Assembly (NCBI GenBank): GCA_963797095.1
Contig: CAWCNY010000005.1
Location: 256,001-320,000 of the forward strand
Length of the DNA: 64,000 nucleotides
Reading direction: 5' to 3'
From: an uncultured Chloroflexia bacterium
Lineage (GTDB): Bacteria; Chloroflexota; Chloroflexia; QHBQ01; JADMIH01
The notes below the pieces were generated by a model that saw only the letters and a program-made list of their open reading frames with translations, made no database searches and was not told where the DNA came from. Positions 28,636 through 38,033 of this stretch are shown here, one piece after another. The first letter of the stretch is position 1, and each line of letters opens with the position of its first letter. The position numbers were made by a program, and so were the translations under genes.

Positions 28636-30729
28636 CTAAGCGTTAGCCTCCTCTCGGTGCTTCCGCGCTGTCTCGATCACCTTATCGGCCACATGCGCCG
28701 GGACCTGCTCGTAGTGGTCGAAGTCCATCGAGAAGTTCCCCCGCCCCTGTGTCACCGACCGCAGGTCGCTAACATATCGCTGCACCTCGGCCAGCGGGGC
28801 CTGCGCATCCACCACTGTGAAGCCGTTCCCCTGTGGGTTCATTCCAAGCACGCGACCCCTCCGCCCGTTCAGGTCCGACATAATGTCGCCGGTGTAGCTA
28901 TCCGGAACCGTAATATGCAGCGTCATGATCGGCTCCAACAGTACAGGCTTGCCCATCTGCAAACCCTCCTTGAACGCCTGCGACGACGCCAGCTTGAACG
29001 CCATCTCCGAGCTATCCACGGGGTGGTAGCCGCCATCAAACAGTACCGCACGCACGTGCACCACCGGATAGCCTGCCAGCACACCCTCATTTAGCGACTC
29101 GCGGATACCCTTCTCAACCGCCGGGATGTAGTTCTTGGGAACCACCCCGCCAACCACCCGGTCTCCAAACTCGAAGTCACCTTCGCTCATAGGCTCAAGC
29201 TCAAGCACCACGTCCGCAAACTGCCCGTGCCCGCCCGTTTGCTTCTTGTGCCTGTAGTGCACCCGGTCCACCTTTGAGGTGATAGTCTCCCTGTAAGGCA
29301 CCACCGGCAGCCCCACAGTCACATCTACGCCGAACTTGCGCTTCATGCGGTCGGCTGAGATCTGCACGTGGCTCTCTCCCATCGCCGAAAGGATAGTCTG
29401 CCCCGATACCGGGTCCTTCCCCGTTTGGAGCGTCGGGTCCTCCTCGATCATGTTGTTCAGTGCGGTGCCCATCTTATCCAGGTCCGCCTTGGTCTTCGGC
29501 GCGATAGACGCCGAGAATAGAGGCTGCGGGAACTTGATCGGGTCCAGCAACACCGGATCGCCAGGCGCGCACAGCGTATCGCCCGTGTGTGTCTCGGCCA
29601 GTTTCACTACCACCCCTATATCTCCGGGGGCTAACTGCTGCATCGCGATCTGCTCTTTGCCCCGCATCACATATACCTGCCCGATCCTCTCATCAACATT
29701 CCTCGTCGCATTCAGGACGTGGCTGTCCGACCGGAACGTCCCTGAATATACGCGCAGATAGCTCTGCTTGCCGAACTGGTCGCGAATCGTCTTGAACACC
29801 AGCGCCGACAGAGGCGATGCGTCGTTTGGCTGCAACGTCACAGGCTCGTTCGTCACCGGGTTCGTTGCCATAATCGGCCCGGCATCCGTAGGCGAAGGCA
29901 CATACTGCACCAGGAAATCGAGCAGTTGCGACACTCCTATGTTCGTCGCCCCCGACGCCACAAGCACAGGCGCGATCTGCCTGGTTACCACAGCCTTCTT
30001 CAGCGCGCTATCCAGGTCCTCCGTGCTGATGTCCTCTCCCTCCAAATACAAAAGGGTCAGGTCGTCGTCCGTCTCGCAAATACGCTCAATAAGCAGTTCG
30101 CGCGCCTTCTGTACCTCGTCCGCCATCTCGGCGGGAATAGGCCCCTCGGTGAACTTGCCGCTTGTCCCGCCTTCATAGGCATATGCCTTCTGGTGCAGAA
30201 GGTCGATCACCCCCCTGAAGGAGGTCTGCGACCCGATAGCTATCTGGATGGCCGCGCACCTCTTCCCAAGCACCGTATACACCGACTGGAGCGCGTTCTT
30301 GTAGTCGGCGTTCTCACGGTCCATCTTGTTGATCACCACCACGCGAGGTATACCTCGCTCGTCGGCCATACGCCAGGCCTGCTCGGTGCCTACCTCCACT
30401 CCCGCCGATGCGTCCAACAGCAACACCGCTGTGTCTACCACTCGCATTGCCGCCGCCACTTCGCCAACAAACTCCGCGTACCCCGGCGCGTCGATTGCAT
30501 TGACCTTCGTGTCCTGCCACTCCACCGGCGCGACCGCAAGCTGGATCGAAATGTGCCGCTTGGTCTCATCAGGGTCGTAGTCCGAAACCGTATTGCCCTC
30601 GTCCACTCTGCCTAATCGCGTGATAGCCTTGGAGGTAAAGAGCATCGCTTCAAGCAGGGATGTCTTCCCTGCACCTCCATGCGAAAAGAGACCAATGTTG
30701 CGGATTTGGGCGGTATTATATGCTTTCAT
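28636..30729 (-). CDS. fusA: Elongation factor G paralogue (EF-G2-like)
   Basis: 'SHGGAGKT', 'DAPG', 'NKMD', 'KKQTGGHGQF', 'HPVDSSEMAF'. Divergent switch I ('KRHISI') and located outside the str operon. Confidence 0.9.
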   Translation of the reverse strand: MKAYNTAQIRNIGLFSHGGAGKTSLLEAMLFTSKAITRLGRVDEGNTVSDYDPDETKRHISIQLAVAPVEWQDTKVNAIDAPGYAEFVGEVAAAMRVVDTAVLLLDASAGVEVGTEQAWRMADERGIPRVVVINKMDRENADYKNALQSVYTVLGKRCAAIQIAIGSQTSFRGVIDLLHQKAYAYEGGTSGKFTEGPIPAEMADEVQKARELLIERICETDDDLTLLYLEGEDISTEDLDSALKKAVVTRQIAPVLVASGATNIGVSQLLDFLVQYVPSPTDAGPIMATNPVTNEPVTLQPNDASPLSALVFKTIRDQFGKQSYLRVYSGTFRSDSHVLNATRNVDERIGQVYVMRGKEQIAMQQLAPGDIGVVVKLAETHTGDTLCAPGDPVLLDPIKFPQPLFSASIAPKTKADLDKMGTALNNMIEEDPTLQTGKDPVSGQTILSAMGESHVQISADRMKRKFGVDVTVGLPVVPYRETITSKVDRVHYRHKKQTGGHGQFADVVLELEPMSEGDFEFGDRVVGGVVPKNYIPAVEKGIRESLNEGVLAGYPVVHVRAVLFDGGYHPVDSSEMAFKLASSQAFKEGLQMGKPVLLEPIMTLHITVPDSYTGDIMSDLNGRRGRVLGMNPQGNGFTVVDAQAPLAEVQRYVSDLRSVTQGRGNFSMDFDHYEQVPAHVADKVIETARKHREEANA

Positions 30730-30883
30730 AAAGAGAAAAGGCCTCCTGGGGTCTCAGTTACTGCGCATCTCAGGCCCAATATCTCCCAATTAAGGAGCAG
30801 GCCGCCGCAGTTTACCGTGGGTATAGGTATCTACCATTATACGCAAAGGGCCTTTCGATGCAAACTGACCCTGCTCATACCGG

Positions 30884-32186
30884 TAGGGCTGTGTCAAGAA
30901 AGGTGAAAGTGTGAATCCATCGAGTAGAATCACTCCAAGCTCTGGAACAGCGAAGGAGGACCGCCTCAATGGATTCACATCAGTATACCAGCTTGCTGGA
31001 GGCATTAGCGCACGTACCTGACCCACGCAAGGCGAAAGGTAAGGAGCACGAGTGGAGGGTAGTGATGGCTGTGTTATGTGCAGCAGTGGCTGGTGGACAG
31101 CGCAGCGTGAGGGGAATTGCTCAATGGGCAAAAGAACATGAAGCCGAACTTATTCACCATCTGCAACCAACCAGGCAGCATCTACCAAGCGCAGCCACTC
31201 TCTACCGAGTAATGCGTAGCGTTGACGTAGCAAGCGTGGAAAACCATCTTGCTCACTTTTCATATTCGCAGGAGTGTGCCCGTGATAAGCACAATGCTCA
31301 AGATAATCGAAGAAGGCGGCAGCAACTCGTGGAAGGCGGCAGCAACTCGTGGGGCAATCGGTAGATGGTAAGGAATTACGCGGGGCACGAGCACATGGTC
31401 GCCCAATCTGCCTGGTGAGCCTGGTACGACACGGCACAGGTCGCGTGCTGGCGCAGCGAGCGGTAGAGCAAAAGAGCAATGAAATCAAGGCTGTGCCCTA
31501 CCTGCTCCAAGGGCAAGACCTCCGAGGCACAGTCACTACGATGGATGCTCTGCTCACTCAACGAGCTATTGCCCAGCAGATAGTGAGTGGAGGGGGGCAT
31601 TACTTGATGGTGGTCAAGGCCAATCAAGGGGAGTTATATCTGGCTACCGAAGAATTGTTTGCTTGCCCACCCTGGCTGGCACACGAGAAGGCAGCCAACT
31701 ATCGAAGCTACACCAAAGTGGAGAAGGGACATGGGCGACTAGAGAAGCGCACGTTGGAAAGCAGCCCGGCAATGCGAGAGTATATGCAGGAGTATCTGCA
31801 TTGGCCAGCTGGGGCGCAGGTGATGAGGCGCACCTGTCAGAGAGTGACCCTTTCGAGCGGGGAGATCAGTGAGGAGGTCAAGTATGGGGTCACGAGCTTG
31901 AGGTGGGAAGAGGCTGATGTCGCCGAGTTGGAAAGGCTGTGGAGAGGACATTGGACCATCGAGAATCGGGTACACCATGTGCGTGATGTCACGATGGGCG
32001 AGGACCAAAATCAGATGAGGGTGGGCAATGCTCCCCAGGTGCTGGCGGCGCTGCGCAATGCTATCCTTAACCTGGTACGTTCCAAAGGCTGGACTAACAT
32101 CGCCGATGGCCTACGTCATTATGGAGCCTTCGTGCATCGTGCCCTAGCCCTCGTTACCTCCCTTAATCTTCCTTGACACAGCCCTA
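30884..32186 (+). mobile_element. ISAs1-family insertion sequence (1,303 bp)
   Basis: Terminal IRs TAGGGCTGTGTCAAG(A/G)AAG (18/19 match); 10-bp direct repeat CTCATACCGG at 30874-30883 and 32187-32196. Confidence 0.93.
30969..32176 (+). pseudogene. ISAs1 transposase, frameshifted by a 20-bp tandem duplication
   Basis: 'VPDPR', 'VDGK.LRG', 'KSNEI', 'TMDAL', 'VKANQ', 'HWTIENRVHHVRD'. Duplicate GAAGGCGGCAGCAACTCGTG at 31312-31351. Confidence 0.9.
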
Positions 32187-32303
32187 CTCATACCGGCCAT
32201 ACAGCTCTTACAAGGTCAGTGCAGGGCTGTATGGCATGCAAGCCAGGTCTACGGGTCATCCCTGAGGATAACAGCCGCAGGTTGAGCGTCTCTGGAGGCA
32301 GGT

Positions 32304-33700
32304 GTCAAGTAGCCCCCGGATAAATCCGGGGGCTTGTCCCTAAGCGGGAGCTTGAGACGATAAGCCGCTTGACGGCTGCCCGTAACCCAAGGGTATACCG
32401 AGAGCTACAAGGTGTTTATCGCGTATGTTCCTGGAAGCATTCAAGTCCGCGTTTAGCGAATAGTCGCACGAGCGACAAAGGTAAAGAGATTGAGAGCGGC
32501 GGTTACTATGATGTCGGAAACCACACTTAGAGCAGGTCTGGCTCGTGTGTCGAGGGTCTATTGCGACCACGCACATACCCGCTTCTTTGGTCTTGTACTC
32601 CAGGAAGGAGCGCAACTGCCTGAAAGACCATGCGTGCAACCGTCTTTGCCCCTCTCCCCTGCGCAAGCGAGCGCGTTGGCGGATGTCTGTGAGGTTTTCA
32701 ACAACGATAGTAGCCCCAGCAATAGCCGGCTGAACGATACGCTTAGACAATACGTGGTCTCAAAGTGGTCTCAAAGTGGTCTCAATCGCGGTCACAACGT
32801 GGTCTCAATCGCGGTCACAACGTGGTCTCAATCGCGGTGGAATCGCAGTTGCTTGCCAGCCAACTTACGCAGATGGCGGCGAGCCGACTTCGACCCTTTC
32901 GATTGCACCGTACCCTTGAGCCTGAAGTATCGCTTATCAACATCCTTCCACGCTCTCTTACCCAGGAAGGCACCCCGACGTCCCGAAGTGACGGGGGCCT
33001 GTTGAGACCCAGGTCTACACCAATGACCTGCTCACCGGCGACAAACTCACTACCTTTCAAGCTGACTACGATATGCAACCAGAAACCACCCTTGCGGTAG
33101 AGCAGGTCGGCAGTAGCAGTCGGATTGCCTATATATCTAAGCGCATAAGGCGGCACGGTGAAGCCGATACGCATCCTACCCTGTGTAGTGGACAGGCTAA
33201 CTTCCGCTTTAGGCCAATACACTTTGTAGGTGTGCAGGTTATAGCGCGCCGCGCACAGTTGAGAGTATGGTTGAGAGACTGCTCTACCCTGCTTTTGTCT
33301 GGTAAACGCACTCTTGATAGCCTCAGTAGCCTTGACGCGGGCCTGAATAATCAGGTCGGAGACAAGAGATGGGCATTGGGCCTTGATGGGGTAGCAGGTT
33401 TCGTGGTGCAAGCGCACGCCGTTCCGCTCGGTGTTTCTTTTTTGCCAGCCGTATTCGCACACGGCATTGAAAGCATTTGTGAAGGAGGCAAGCGTCTCTT
33501 ACAGAGAGTAAGCTTGTTCAGGTGTCGTATTCAAGCTTGACGCGAACCATCCTAACCATAACTCACCTACACCATATAAAGGGAGAATATGCACGATATG
33601 CACGATATACACTTCAAGAAAAGAGGAAGTGCTTGCTCCTCACCATGCCTGAAGGCAGCTGTACCCCTAAGCACGCAGATTCGATGGAATTGGGCGGGTT
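32304..33700 (-). mobile_element. IS200/IS605 (IS1341-like, tnpB-only) element remnant
   Basis: Right-end hairpin AGCCCCCGGA-TTTA-TCCGGGGGCT followed by ACTTGAC just after the tnpB stop. Left boundary approximate. Confidence 0.75.
32340..33559 (-). pseudogene. tnpB: TnpB RNA-guided nuclease pseudogene
   Basis: RuvC 'GVDLGLN', 'VVENL', 'NADLNASRNI', zinc finger 'TSQTCSKCG..CRSC'. Frameshifts near 33532 and 32995, TAA at 33501-33499, and a 68-bp repeat insertion at 32754-32838. Confidence 0.88.
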
Positions 33701-33727
33701 GTTGCCGGTGCTGAGTAGCGCGGGTGG

Positions 33728-34735
33728 CTAGAGTTGGCGGTGCAGTCTGCGAAGGGGGTTAAGTTCCTGGTCGTAGCTCTGGAGCGTGCGAATGTAATGA
33801 GCGCGTTCAAAGGCACTGGGGTCCTTGCTCTTCTCCTGGCTGGCTATTCCCTGGATCTGCTGGACAAACTCGTAGTTGTGCTCTTCGAGCCATTGGCGCA
33901 GGCCCGCTTCAAGTTTCTTGATATGAACAATCCTGTTTTGAAGCAAGACCGAACAGAGCAATGTGACAGATGCGCCCGCCATCAGCATCTTGACAATGTC
34001 GCCTACCTCATGTAAGCCGCCGCTGGCAGCAAGATCCATCCCAACACGCCCGCGTAAGATAGCGATCCACCTGAGAGGTAAGCGAGTAGCAAAGGAAGTG
34101 CTGAGATTAAAGCGGGAAGTTACACGCAAGGTCTCGATGTCTATGTCGGGTTGGTAAAAGCGGTTGAACAGGACCAGAGCGTTAGCACCTGCGCGCTCGA
34201 AGCGCCCGGCCATTTCGGCAAGATTGCTGAAGAAAGGGCCAAGCTTCACCGCGAGCGGTAGAGACACCGCCGATCTCACTTCTTCAACTATCTTGATATA
34301 GATGTTCTCGACCTCGGAGCCGGGCAGGTCTTCTTCCGTAGGAATGTAGTAGATGTTGAGCTCCAGAGCATCGGCCCCCGCCTGCTCTATCTGCTTGGCG
34401 TACTCTACCCATCCACCGATGCCGGAGGCGTTGAGGCTGGCAATAATGGGGATATCGACCGCCTCTTTGGCTTTATGTATATGATCCAGGTATTCATCGG
34501 GGCCGAGGAAATAGTCCGATTGTTCGGGAAACTCACTTTCCTGGAGTTCGGCAGCGCCTGCACCGTCTTTGGTGTAAGCAAGTTGCTCTTCGAAAAGAGA
34601 TTGCAGCACAACAGCGGCAGCGCCCGAGTCTTCCATTATCCTAATGTTGTCAATCAGTTCGGAGAGGGGAGAAGCCCCAGCAAGAAGTGGGGATCGCAAA
34701 TTCATCCCCATATAGGTTGTTGAGAGGTCGACCAT
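33728..34735 (-). CDS. Dihydroorotate dehydrogenase-like flavoprotein
   Basis: 'DLSTTYMG..LRSPL', 'SLFEEQ', 'ALELNIY', 'LFNRFYQPD'. ATG 34735 after AAGGAGG. Confidence 0.88.
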   Translation of the reverse strand: MVDLSTTYMGMNLRSPLLAGASPLSELIDNIRIMEDSGAAAVVLQSLFEEQLAYTKDGAGAAELQESEFPEQSDYFLGPDEYLDHIHKAKEAVDIPIIASLNASGIGGWVEYAKQIEQAGADALELNIYYIPTEEDLPGSEVENIYIKIVEEVRSAVSLPLAVKLGPFFSNLAEMAGRFERAGANALVLFNRFYQPDIDIETLRVTSRFNLSTSFATRLPLRWIAILRGRVGMDLAASGGLHEVGDIVKMLMAGASVTLLCSVLLQNRIVHIKKLEAGLRQWLEEHNYEFVQQIQGIASQEKSKDPSAFERAHYIRTLQSYDQELNPLRRLHRQL

Positions 34736-35100
34736 CGTATGTACCTCCTTAGCAGATCGGGTCTCACGATCATGAACCAGGGGTGAAAGCAGGGAAGATG
34801 ATCCGTAGATACTGGATGATAGTTGATAGATCTGTAAAAAACGGTATAGGTTAGTAAAAGGCGGGTGAAAGTTCGGTGAAAAGGACCGCCCACCTCTTCT
34901 GAACACTTTCAGCCCTCATTGACTTGACTCCACCCACCCTCAAACCGTATATTAATGTGTTAGACTTAAGAATCATCATCCCAAAAGATATACAATAGAT
35001 ACAACTCAGCAGAACCGCTGCGCTTGATAGAACAAAGGGGTGCAGGGGTCTCCCCACTCTCCTTCCTTCTTTTCCGTCCCGGTGGTGAAACTACAAAACA

Positions 35101-36195
35101 ATGCTAGAAGACAAACTCAACTCAATAGAACAAAGATACAACCAGCTCGAACAAATGATGAGCGAGCCTGACGTTGCCACCGACCCCAGGCGCCTCATGG
35201 AGCTTGGCAAGGAGCGCGCCGACCTCACCGAGCTTGTAGACCTCTACCGGACCTACAGGGAAACCAATCGCCAGCTCACCGACACCGAGACCATGCTCTC
35301 CGAGGACGGCTCAGACCCTGAGCTTGCCGAGCTTGTGCGCGCCGAGATCGAAGACCTCAAAGCAAAGCGCGATACGCAGATGGACGACATCAAGCAGCTT
35401 CTCCTACCCAGAGACCCCAACGACGATAAGAGCGTCATCATCGAGATCAGGGCGGGCGCGGGCGGCGACGAAGCGGCACTCTTCGCCAATGAGCTTTACG
35501 GCATGTACGCCAAATACGCCGAAAAGCGCGGCTGGAAGACCGACATCCTCTCCAGCAACCCCAACGACATCGGTGGCATGAAAGAGATCATCTTCGAAGT
35601 CAAGGGCAAGGGCGCATACAGCAACTTCAAGTACGAAAGCGGCGTCCACCGAGTGCAGCGCGTCCCCGTCACCGAATCCCAGGGTCGTATCCACACCTCC
35701 ACCGCTACCGTCGCCGTCATGCCCGAAGCCGAAGAAGTAGACGTAGACATCCGCGACGAAGATATCAAGCTCGATGTCTACAGGTCGGGCGGCCATGGCG
35801 GCCAGAGCGTCAACACCACCAACTCAGCCGTCCGCATCACCCACCTCCCCACCGGCATAGTCGTCACCTGCCAGGACGAGCGCAGCCAGCTAAAGAACAA
35901 GCTCAAGGCCATGACCGTCCTCCGCACCCGCCTCTACGAAATGGAGCTGGAGCGCCGCCAGAAAGAGATGGGCGACGAGCGCCGCTCCCAGGTCGGCACA
36001 GGCGACCGCTCCGAAAAAATCCGCACCTACAACTTCCCCGATGACCGCGTTACCGACCACCGCATCAAGCGCACTGTTTCCAACGTACCGCGTGTCCTCG
36101 AAGGCGATCTCGACAACTTCATCGAAACCCTCCGTGTCACCGACGAGGCCGAGCGCCTCAAGCACGAAGGTCTCGATGGCTCCAACGGCAAGTAG
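35101..36195 (+). CDS. prfA: Peptide chain release factor 1
   Basis: PVT anticodon motif, 'GGQ', 'RSEKIRTYNF'. Confidence 0.97.
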   Translation: MLEDKLNSIEQRYNQLEQMMSEPDVATDPRRLMELGKERADLTELVDLYRTYRETNRQLTDTETMLSEDGSDPELAELVRAEIEDLKAKRDTQMDDIKQLLLPRDPNDDKSVIIEIRAGAGGDEAALFANELYGMYAKYAEKRGWKTDILSSNPNDIGGMKEIIFEVKGKGAYSNFKYESGVHRVQRVPVTESQGRIHTSTATVAVMPEAEEVDVDIRDEDIKLDVYRSGGHGGQSVNTTNSAVRITHLPTGIVVTCQDERSQLKNKLKAMTVLRTRLYEMELERRQKEMGDERRSQVGTGDRSEKIRTYNFPDDRVTDHRIKRTVSNVPRVLEGDLDNFIETLRVTDEAERLKHEGLDGSNGK

Positions 36196-37029
36196 ATGAC
36201 CGTCGACGAGGCGCTCCGTTGGGGCAAAGAGCGCCTTTCCCTCCACTCCACAACCCCCCGCCTCGACGCCGAAATTATCCTCTCCCATCTCCTCGGCATG
36301 GATCGTGCTGCCATCCTGGCACGCCCATCCCAACCCCTCGATCCCCAATCCCTCAATTCCTACCACCACCTCATCGCACGACGCGAGCACGGTGAGCCGG
36401 TGGCCTACATCACCGGCCACAAGGAATTCTATGGACTCGACCTGATAATCACCCACGATGTGCTCGTCCCCAGGCCTGAAACCGAAAGCATGGTGCAAGC
36501 CTCCCTCGACGCCCTCCCCGCTGCTCGGCCCGCTACCTTCGCCGACATAGGCACAGGCTCAGGCGCAATCCTTGTCGCGGTGACTGTCCACCGCCCCAAT
36601 ATTCGCGCCTACGGCACCGACATCTCCCCCCAGGCCATAGCGGTAGCCGCCCGCAACTGCGACCTTCAGGGTATCTCCCCCAACGTGCGCCTCTTCGTCG
36701 GCCACCTCCTTGAACCTCTACCCGAACCCGTAGACGTGATAGCCGCCAACCTCCCCTACGTCTCCCCCGGCGAAGCCGAACCCGACGTAGCCACCTGGGA
36801 GCCGCAGGTCGCCGTCTTCGGGGGCGGTGACGACGGCGCAGCCACCATCCGCGATTTCCTCTCTCAAGCACCCGCCTATCTCAACCCCAACGGCACCATA
36901 ATCATGGAAACCGCCCACTTGCAAGGCAAAATAGTGTCCGACCTGGCCCGCGCCGCCTTCCCCAACGCCCATATCCAGGTCAGCAAAGACCTGTCAGGTT
37001 ACGATAGAATAGTAGTAATCAAATCGTGA
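36196..37029 (+). CDS. prmC: Release factor glutamine methyltransferase
   Basis: 'LVPRPETE', 'DIGTGSG', 'ANLPY'; adjacent to prfA. Confidence 0.95.
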   Translation: MTVDEALRWGKERLSLHSTTPRLDAEIILSHLLGMDRAAILARPSQPLDPQSLNSYHHLIARREHGEPVAYITGHKEFYGLDLIITHDVLVPRPETESMVQASLDALPAARPATFADIGTGSGAILVAVTVHRPNIRAYGTDISPQAIAVAARNCDLQGISPNVRLFVGHLLEPLPEPVDVIAANLPYVSPGEAEPDVATWEPQVAVFGGGDDGAATIRDFLSQAPAYLNPNGTIIMETAHLQGKIVSDLARAAFPNAHIQVSKDLSGYDRIVVIKS

Positions 37030-37050
37030 GTTCGGAACCAACAGCAAAGC

Positions 37051-37138
37051 AATAAGCAATACGAAGTACGCAAAATAAGCAATACGAAGTACGCAAAATA
37101 AGCAATACGAAGTACGCAAAATAAGCAATACGAAGTAC
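37051..37138. repeat. 23-bp tandem repeat x~3.8 built from heptamers
   Basis: (AATAAGC-AATACGA-AGTACGC-AA)n. The same heptamers recur at 58678-58718. Confidence 0.95.
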
Positions 37139-37143
37139 CACCC

Positions 37144-37986
37144 ATGACAATCAAACTCCTCGCCCTGGACCTCGACGGCACCATCTTCGGTGACGACCTC
37201 CATATCACCCCCCGCACCCACAAAGCCATCGCCGACGCCCAGACAATGGGTGTCATAGTCACCATAGCCACCGGGCGCATGTTCCGGGCTGCCCGCTATA
37301 TCGCCTCCGATCTCAAAATTGATGGCCCCATCATCTGCTACCAGGGCGCTCTTATCCGCGACCCCCTCACCGAAGAAACCCTCCTCCACAAGACCATCCC
37401 CTATCTCCTAGCTCAAGACGTAATCCGCCTCACCTCATCCACCAACCTCCATCTCAACGTCTACCTGAACGACAACCTCTACGTCGAAAAACTCACCCCG
37501 GAGGCCGAGTTTTACGCTCAAATCAACATGGACCTCCCACTCAATGTGGTTGGCAACCTGTCAAACTGGCTCGACATCCAGCGCCCCCACGAACCTACCA
37601 AGCTCGTAATCGTCACCGATCCTGTTCAGACTGATGCTGTACTCAACTCATATACCAAAATATACGGCAGCAGGCTCCAGGTCACCAAGTCGCACGCCCG
37701 CTTCACCGAATTCACCAACCACGACTGCTCCAAAGGCCGCGCCCTCGCCCAACTCGCCAGGCACTACCATCTCGACCGCAAAGAAGTGATGGCAATCGGC
37801 GACGGCCACAACGATTTCGATATGCTCCAATGGGCGGGCCTCGGCGTCGCCATGGAAACCGCCCCGCAAGCCGTCCGCGACATAGCTCGCGAGGTTTGCC
37901 CTCCCCTGGCCCTGGACGGCGCAGCCGACGCCATCGAGCGCTTCATCTTGCGTCAACGCCATACTACCGCGCCTGACGTACACTAG
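37144..37986 (+). CDS. Cof-type HAD-IIB hydrolase
   Basis: 'ALDLDGT', 'IATGR', 'SKG.AL', 'IGDGHND'. Confidence 0.92.
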   Translation: MTIKLLALDLDGTIFGDDLHITPRTHKAIADAQTMGVIVTIATGRMFRAARYIASDLKIDGPIICYQGALIRDPLTEETLLHKTIPYLLAQDVIRLTSSTNLHLNVYLNDNLYVEKLTPEAEFYAQINMDLPLNVVGNLSNWLDIQRPHEPTKLVIVTDPVQTDAVLNSYTKIYGSRLQVTKSHARFTEFTNHDCSKGRALAQLARHYHLDRKEVMAIGDGHNDFDMLQWAGLGVAMETAPQAVRDIAREVCPPLALDGAADAIERFILRQRHTTAPDVH

Positions 37987-38033
37987 AATATGTCACGACC
38001 TTTTCGCGATCTTTGCGTTATAATGAAATCGCG

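Noticed and set aside
31312-31364. Programmed ribosomal frameshift in the ISAs1 transposase
   Set aside because: No slippery site; the exact 20-bp duplication fully explains the frame change.
32754-32838. Mini-CRISPR or synthetic Golden Gate (BsaI GGTCTC) scar
   Set aside because: Repeats are only 10 bp, the intervening segments are identical and all derive from local tnpB sequence; no vector context.
37051-37138. CRISPR array
   Set aside because: Units are directly tandem with no spacers, and no cas genes are present.
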